Shown: one piece after another, positions 6,946 through 10,762 of the stretch
Position numbering within the stretch: the stretch's first letter is position 1
Layout: each line of letters starts with the position of its first letter
Assembly: GCA_030586555.1 (NCBI GenBank)
Contig: JAURAC010000053.1
Coordinates: forward strand, 1 to 10,762
Reading direction: 5' to 3'
Length of the DNA stretch: 10,762 nt
Source of the DNA: Candidatus Subterrananammoxibius californiae
GTDB lineage: Bacteria; Planctomycetota; Brocadiia; Brocadiales; Subterrananammoxibiaceae
Made by a program: the position numbers and the translations under genes
The notes under the pieces: model-generated
Seen by the model: only the letters and a program-made list of their open reading frames with translations
The model's database searches: none
What the model was told of the DNA's origin: nothing

Positions 6946-7022
6946 CGAAGGCTAAAAGGTAAAAAGTTTTTTGTTTTTTACTTCTTAGCCTATTAACCTC
7001 TTAGCCTCTTCGCCTTTTTTTT
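6946..7022. repeat. Inverted array of degenerate 8-bp tandem repeats forming a long hairpin / possible terminator
   Basis: Right arm TCTTAGCC TATTAACC TCTTAGCC TCTTCGCC (6983-7014). Left arm GGCTAAAA GGTAAAAA (6950-6965) is the approximate reverse complement. 6949-6966 pairs with 6974-6991 with one mismatch. T8 at 7015-7022. Confidence 0.7.
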
Positions 7023-7025
7023 CAT

Positions 7026-8231
7026 ATGACTACCTTACATGAATTCTGTACCCTTTTGGGAGCATTGGCTTGTCCTATCATCTATGGGATTATCGAATAC
7101 TATTTGCATAACCGGAATCTAAGAAGGATTCCCATCAGGATTCATGTAAACGGTACCAGAGGAAAGTCCTCCGTAACCCGCTTGATTGCTGGAGGGTTAC
7201 GGGCGGGTGGTATAAAAACCCTTGCCAAGACCACTGGCTCAAGCCCAAGAATCATTTACGAAGACGGGCAAGAAGAAGAAATCCCTCGCCAACGAAATCC
7301 AACCATAAAGGAACAGATGAAGGTTATTTCATTAGCCCTCCAACGACGGGTCGAAAGCCTTGTTATTGAATGCATGGCGCTAAAACCAGAGCTTCAATTG
7401 ATATCAGAACATAAGATAATAAGGTCCAATATGGGGGTGATTACCAACGTCCGTGCCGACCACCTTGACATTATGGGACCTACAACAAGCGACGTTGCCA
7501 GAGCTATTTCGAGCACAATTCCAGAGCACGGGAAATTATTTACATCTGAAAAAGAACACCTTCCGCTTATCGGTAAGATTGCCAATGAGCACAATACTGA
7601 GCTATTTGTGATCAATAGCGATGATATATCCCAGATTTCAGAAGAATCAATGCAGGGGTTTCCTTACCTCGAACATAAAGAAAACGTTGCCTTAGCGCTG
7701 AAGGTATGCCAGGCATTAGGGGTAAACCCACAGGTTGCGCTTAAAGGCATGTATAGCGCAACACCCGATGTGGGCGTGCTAAAAATTCATAGGATACATA
7801 CCAAAAGCCCACGTAAACTAATGCACTTCGTTAATGCTTTTGCCGCAAACGACCCAGATTCAAACACCATAATCTGGCAGATGGTAAAAGATAGGTTCCC
7901 TGTGGCAATACCTAAAATATTAGTACTCAATACAAGAGGCGATAGATTGCAGCGGTCTCAACAACTCGGCAAGCTGATATGCAACGGGCTTAGCGCAAGG
8001 TGGTACATCCTTGTAGGACAGTCAACAAGGGTTCTTGAGACTACCGCTTTAAGACACGGCATTGACCCATGTAAAATAATAAAAATGGATAAAGAAAGAT
8101 GCGTTAGTATTGTGTTTGAGAAGATGCTCCAGCTAACTGAGTGTGAATCCGTAATCGTCGGTATGGGCAATATTGACGGCATAGGCAATGAAATTGCCAC
8201 CCACTTTGAACGATTGGGGAGCAGAAATTGA
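7026..8231 (+). CDS. pgsB: Poly-gamma-glutamate synthase PgsB/CapB (Mur-ligase-like)
   Basis: N-terminal membrane anchor, IPIRIHVNGTRGKSSVTRLI P-loop, AKTTGS, VIECMALKPELQ, ITNVRADHLDIMGPT, FVNAFAANDPDS and GMGNI. Confidence 0.93.
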   Translation: MTTLHEFCTLLGALACPIIYGIIEYYLHNRNLRRIPIRIHVNGTRGKSSVTRLIAGGLRAGGIKTLAKTTGSSPRIIYEDGQEEEIPRQRNPTIKEQMKVISLALQRRVESLVIECMALKPELQLISEHKIIRSNMGVITNVRADHLDIMGPTTSDVARAISSTIPEHGKLFTSEKEHLPLIGKIANEHNTELFVINSDDISQISEESMQGFPYLEHKENVALALKVCQALGVNPQVALKGMYSATPDVGVLKIHRIHTKSPRKLMHFVNAFAANDPDSNTIIWQMVKDRFPVAIPKILVLNTRGDRLQRSQQLGKLICNGLSARWYILVGQSTRVLETTALRHGIDPCKIIKMDKERCVSIVFEKMLQLTECESVIVGMGNIDGIGNEIATHFERLGSRN

Positions 8232-8680
8232 TTGATATTGCCATTGGGCTTGGGCTTGCTCTTAATATACTCTTCCTTGAATTGATTGGGCTAACCGCAG
8301 GCGGGTTGGTAGCTCCGGGTTATCTCTCCCTTTACCTCCACCATCCCACAAGGGTTTTAATTACTGTAGTGATAAGCGTGATTACCTTTTATACGGTTAA
8401 ATTCCTTTCCAATTTTATGATTATTTACGGTTCCAGAAAAATGGCAATCATGATACTTGTTGGTTTTATATTTACCTACCTTTCGAGGATGTTTCCCTCT
8501 GGCACTATAGGCTCATTAGACATCAGACCCGTAGAAGCAATAGGGCTTATCATACCAGGCTTAATAGCTAATAGTATAGACAGAGAAGGAATTGTTGAAA
8601 CCCTTTGTACCCTGATAATCGGCTCCGTTATGGTACGCTTTATCCTTATCATTGTCTTTGGAGGCGCAATATGGGCTTAA
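8228..8680 (+). CDS. pgsC: Poly-gamma-glutamate biosynthesis membrane protein PgsC/CapC
   Basis: 150 aa, very hydrophobic, with GLTAGGLVAPGYLSL, IIYGSRK and AIGLIIPGLIAN. The TTG start overlaps the pgsB stop (TTGA). SD GGGGAG at 8216-8221. Confidence 0.92.
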   Translation: MIDIAIGLGLALNILFLELIGLTAGGLVAPGYLSLYLHHPTRVLITVVISVITFYTVKFLSNFMIIYGSRKMAIMILVGFIFTYLSRMFPSGTIGSLDIRPVEAIGLIIPGLIANSIDREGIVETLCTLIIGSVMVRFILIIVFGGAIWA

Positions 8681-9837
8681 GATGGTCGCCTGCTAACATG
8701 TCAAAGAAGAACCTCGTCCTCCTCACAGTTATATCTTTACTTGCTTATCTACTTGTGGAAAAGACGAAGGTGGCACGCAAAGAAGCCTTTTTTGACGAAA
8801 AGATTGCCGCTGCTGAAAAAATGAAAAGCGCATTGGACGTCATAAAGGATTATTACACTATACATGAAGACCCTGAATCTGACATAGAGAATTATTCGAC
8901 TACGGAACTTCTTGGGAAGTTCTCATCAGACATCACAACCGATTTCGGAAAACTTAGCGCAAAGGCAATTTCCTTAAATCCCAATTTTGCAGCAGTCATT
9001 GTAGATATGCTCAAGAAGGCTAATCTTAAAAGCGGTGATATAGTGGCAATTGGATGCACTGGGTCCTTTCCAGGTGTAAATATTGCAACATACTCCGCCG
9101 TTGAAATTCTTGGAATGAAGCCAGTAACTATCTCATCCGTCGGTTCCTCAATGTGGGGCGCAAATGACCCTCAAATGACCTGGGTTGATATGGAGAAATT
9201 GCTTATCGAGAAAAAAATCTTCAGCTTCCGCTCTGTCGCAGCCTCGCTGGGTGGGATAGATGACCAGGCAAAAGGAATCGGTTACAACGGTAGAAAGTTA
9301 ATTCGCACCGCTATTCAGCGTAATAATCTTACCCTTATCGAAGAGAAAACCCTTGATGCAAGCATAAAAAGAAGAATGGCTATTTATAATGAGGCGAGCA
9401 ATGGCGCACCAATAAAGCTCTATATTAATATCGGGGGTGGAATAGCAAGCCTCGGCTCAAGGATTAATGGTCAGTTAATCAAGCCTGGTTTAAGAAAACG
9501 TCTTAAACTGAAAAACTTTCAGCAAGAAGGGGTAATTACTATTATGGCTTCACAAGGAATACCAGTCATTAACCTGATAAATATTAGTGAAATTGCAAAG
9601 CGCTACAACCTCCCGCAAGACCCAACCATTATTCCGGCGGTCGGTAACGGTTCAATCTTTTCTTCACAAATATATCGCCTCGAACTTATCCTAACCACCC
9701 TTGTAACACTTACAGTATTGCTTTTTGCATTATCAAAATCTAATATATATTTATGGACTGCACATAAAATAAGCCGCTTTATAAATAGGTTCCTTTTTAA
9801 ACAATCCGCCTTGGGTGGACAAAAACAGAACTCTTGA
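8671..9837 (+). CDS. pgsW: Poly-gamma-glutamate system protein PgsW
   Basis: N- and C-terminal TM helices, with SDITTDFGKLSAK, LNPNFAAVIV, TGSFPGVNIA, ISSVGSSMWGANDP, AASLGG and YINIGGGIASLG. Follows pgsBC. ATG 8671 is chosen because SD GGAGG lies at 8660-8664. Overlaps pgsC by 10 nt. Confidence 0.88.
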   Translation: MGLRWSPANMSKKNLVLLTVISLLAYLLVEKTKVARKEAFFDEKIAAAEKMKSALDVIKDYYTIHEDPESDIENYSTTELLGKFSSDITTDFGKLSAKAISLNPNFAAVIVDMLKKANLKSGDIVAIGCTGSFPGVNIATYSAVEILGMKPVTISSVGSSMWGANDPQMTWVDMEKLLIEKKIFSFRSVAASLGGIDDQAKGIGYNGRKLIRTAIQRNNLTLIEEKTLDASIKRRMAIYNEASNGAPIKLYINIGGGIASLGSRINGQLIKPGLRKRLKLKNFQQEGVITIMASQGIPVINLINISEIAKRYNLPQDPTIIPAVGNGSIFSSQIYRLELILTTLVTLTVLLFALSKSNIYLWTAHKISRFINRFLFKQSALGGQKQNS

Positions 9838-9989
9838 CATTATAAATAATCCGCCTAAGGCGGACATAATAAATAATATCCTCCTCATTTTAACCGAGGC
9901 ATTTGTTTTAAGGAGTGGGCATAATGGAATTAGACATGGAGCAAAAATTTGTTCGCCCAAATAAAGGCGAATCCGCCTCAGGCGTGACA
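9803..9989. repeat. Three copies of a REP-like palindrome AATCCGCCTnnGGCGGACA
   Basis: AATCCGCCTTGGGTGGACA (9803-9821), AATCCGCCTAAGGCGGACA (9848-9866) and AATCCGCCTCAGGCGTGACA (9970-9989). Confidence 0.8.
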
Positions 9990-10586
9990 TGTAAAAGTAA
10001 AGAAAACCAAACGACAACTACAAGTGAAGATGTCCAGGCTTCCAAGCCCCCTGAAAAACAGGAAACAGAAACAAAACAAATTCCCAGTGAAACGGTTAAG
10101 CAAGAGGTGGAGGATGCTAAGACACGGGCAAACCAACTCTTCGAATCGTTACAAAGGCTTGCAGCAGATTTTGAAAATTATAAGAAACGCGTTGCAAAGG
10201 AAAGGCAAGAAATCCTCCTTTCTGCTAACGCCAGGCTTATTCTTAAATTACTCGACATTTACGAAGGCTTGAAAAAGGCAATAGACGCCTCTCCCGCAGG
10301 CATTGACCCAAACTATCTTAATGGCGTTAAGATGCTTTACGATGAGTTTTCCCGCATCCTGAAGAATGAGGGCTTGGAACCAATTGAAACGGTTGGCAAA
10401 CCATTCGATGTGCGTAAGCACGAAGTGCTCATGCGGCAGATAAAGGATGATTTACCCGAAGACACAATATTAGAAGAAATACAGTCTGGATATATGCTTA
10501 ATTCGCGGGTATTAAGACATGCAAAGGTGGTGGTATCACAGAAGTCTCCACCGCTTACCGAAGAAAAACACGAACAAAAAGAATAA
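9924..10586 (+). CDS. grpE: Nucleotide exchange factor GrpE
   Basis: LQRLAADFENYKKR, EGLEPIETVGKPFDVRKHEVL and IQSGYMLNSRVLRHAKVVVS. ATG 9924 lies 8 nt after SD AAGGAG (9910-9915). Confidence 0.95.
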   Translation: MELDMEQKFVRPNKGESASGVTCKSKENQTTTTSEDVQASKPPEKQETETKQIPSETVKQEVEDAKTRANQLFESLQRLAADFENYKKRVAKERQEILLSANARLILKLLDIYEGLKKAIDASPAGIDPNYLNGVKMLYDEFSRILKNEGLEPIETVGKPFDVRKHEVLMRQIKDDLPEDTILEEIQSGYMLNSRVLRHAKVVVSQKSPPLTEEKHEQKE

Positions 10587-10601
10587 ACTAATTTATCACG
10601 A

Positions 10602-10677
10602 GAGGTAGACAATGAGGTTTACCTCGTTGATATTCGCCTTTGGCGAATCTTCGATCCAACGAACGTAAAGTTCGTTG
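10602..10677 (+). other. Three consecutive stem-loops in the grpE-dnaK spacer
   Basis: GAGGTAGAC/GTTTACCTC (10602-10625), ATTCGCC-TTT-GGCGAAT (10632-10648) and CAACGAAC/GTTCGTTG (10657-10677). Confidence 0.65.
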
Positions 10678-10710
10678 TCTACTATATACGAAGGAGGTTA
10701 AAGAACAAAG

Positions 10711-10762
10711 ATGGCAAAGATTATCGGAATTGACCTGGGCACGAGCAACTCAGCTGCGGCGG
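10711..10762 (+). CDS. dnaK: Hsp70 chaperone DnaK, 5' end (truncated by the window edge)
   Basis: Translates as MAKIIGIDLGTSNSAAA, the Hsp70 phosphate-1 motif. SD AAGGAGGT at 10691-10698. Directly downstream of grpE. Absent from the supplied ORF track. Confidence 0.93.
   Translation, partial: MAKIIGIDLGTSNSAAA

Noticed and set aside
9803..9989. CRISPR array interpretation of the three palindromic repeats
   Set aside because: The repeats are only 19-20 bp and degenerate, the spacing is irregular (26 and 103 nt), two copies lie inside CDSs and no cas genes are present.

Overview
Low-GC (roughly 40%, estimated by eye) bacterial window with all credible genes on the + strand. Block 1 (334-6937) is a type II fatty-acid/polyketide-like cluster: ACP, FabZ, a catalytically intact FabF, a 63-aa secreted Cys/His-rich peptide, a FabF paralogue lacking all three catalytic residues, a phytoene-desaturase-family FAD oxidoreductase and a cobalamin-binding radical SAM enzyme. 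This gene order matches the putative ladderane-lipid cluster of anammox bacteria (kuste3603-3608 type, from memory), so the host is probably a member of Ca. Brocadiales. That assignment is inference. Block 2 (7026-9837) is a translationally coupled poly-gamma-glutamate module, pgsB-pgsC-pgsW. Block 3 is grpE plus the start of a dnaK with an archaeal-type N-terminal motif (GIDLGTSNSAAA). The least explained elements are four. First, the small secreted metal/heme-ligand-rich peptide with its own terminator, which splits the two ketosynthase genes. Second, a hairpin-sequestered 9-codon leader ORF that overlaps the start codon of the inactive ketosynthase. Third, an inverted 8-bp tandem-repeat array before pgsB. 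Fourth, a family of REP-like palindromes around grpE.
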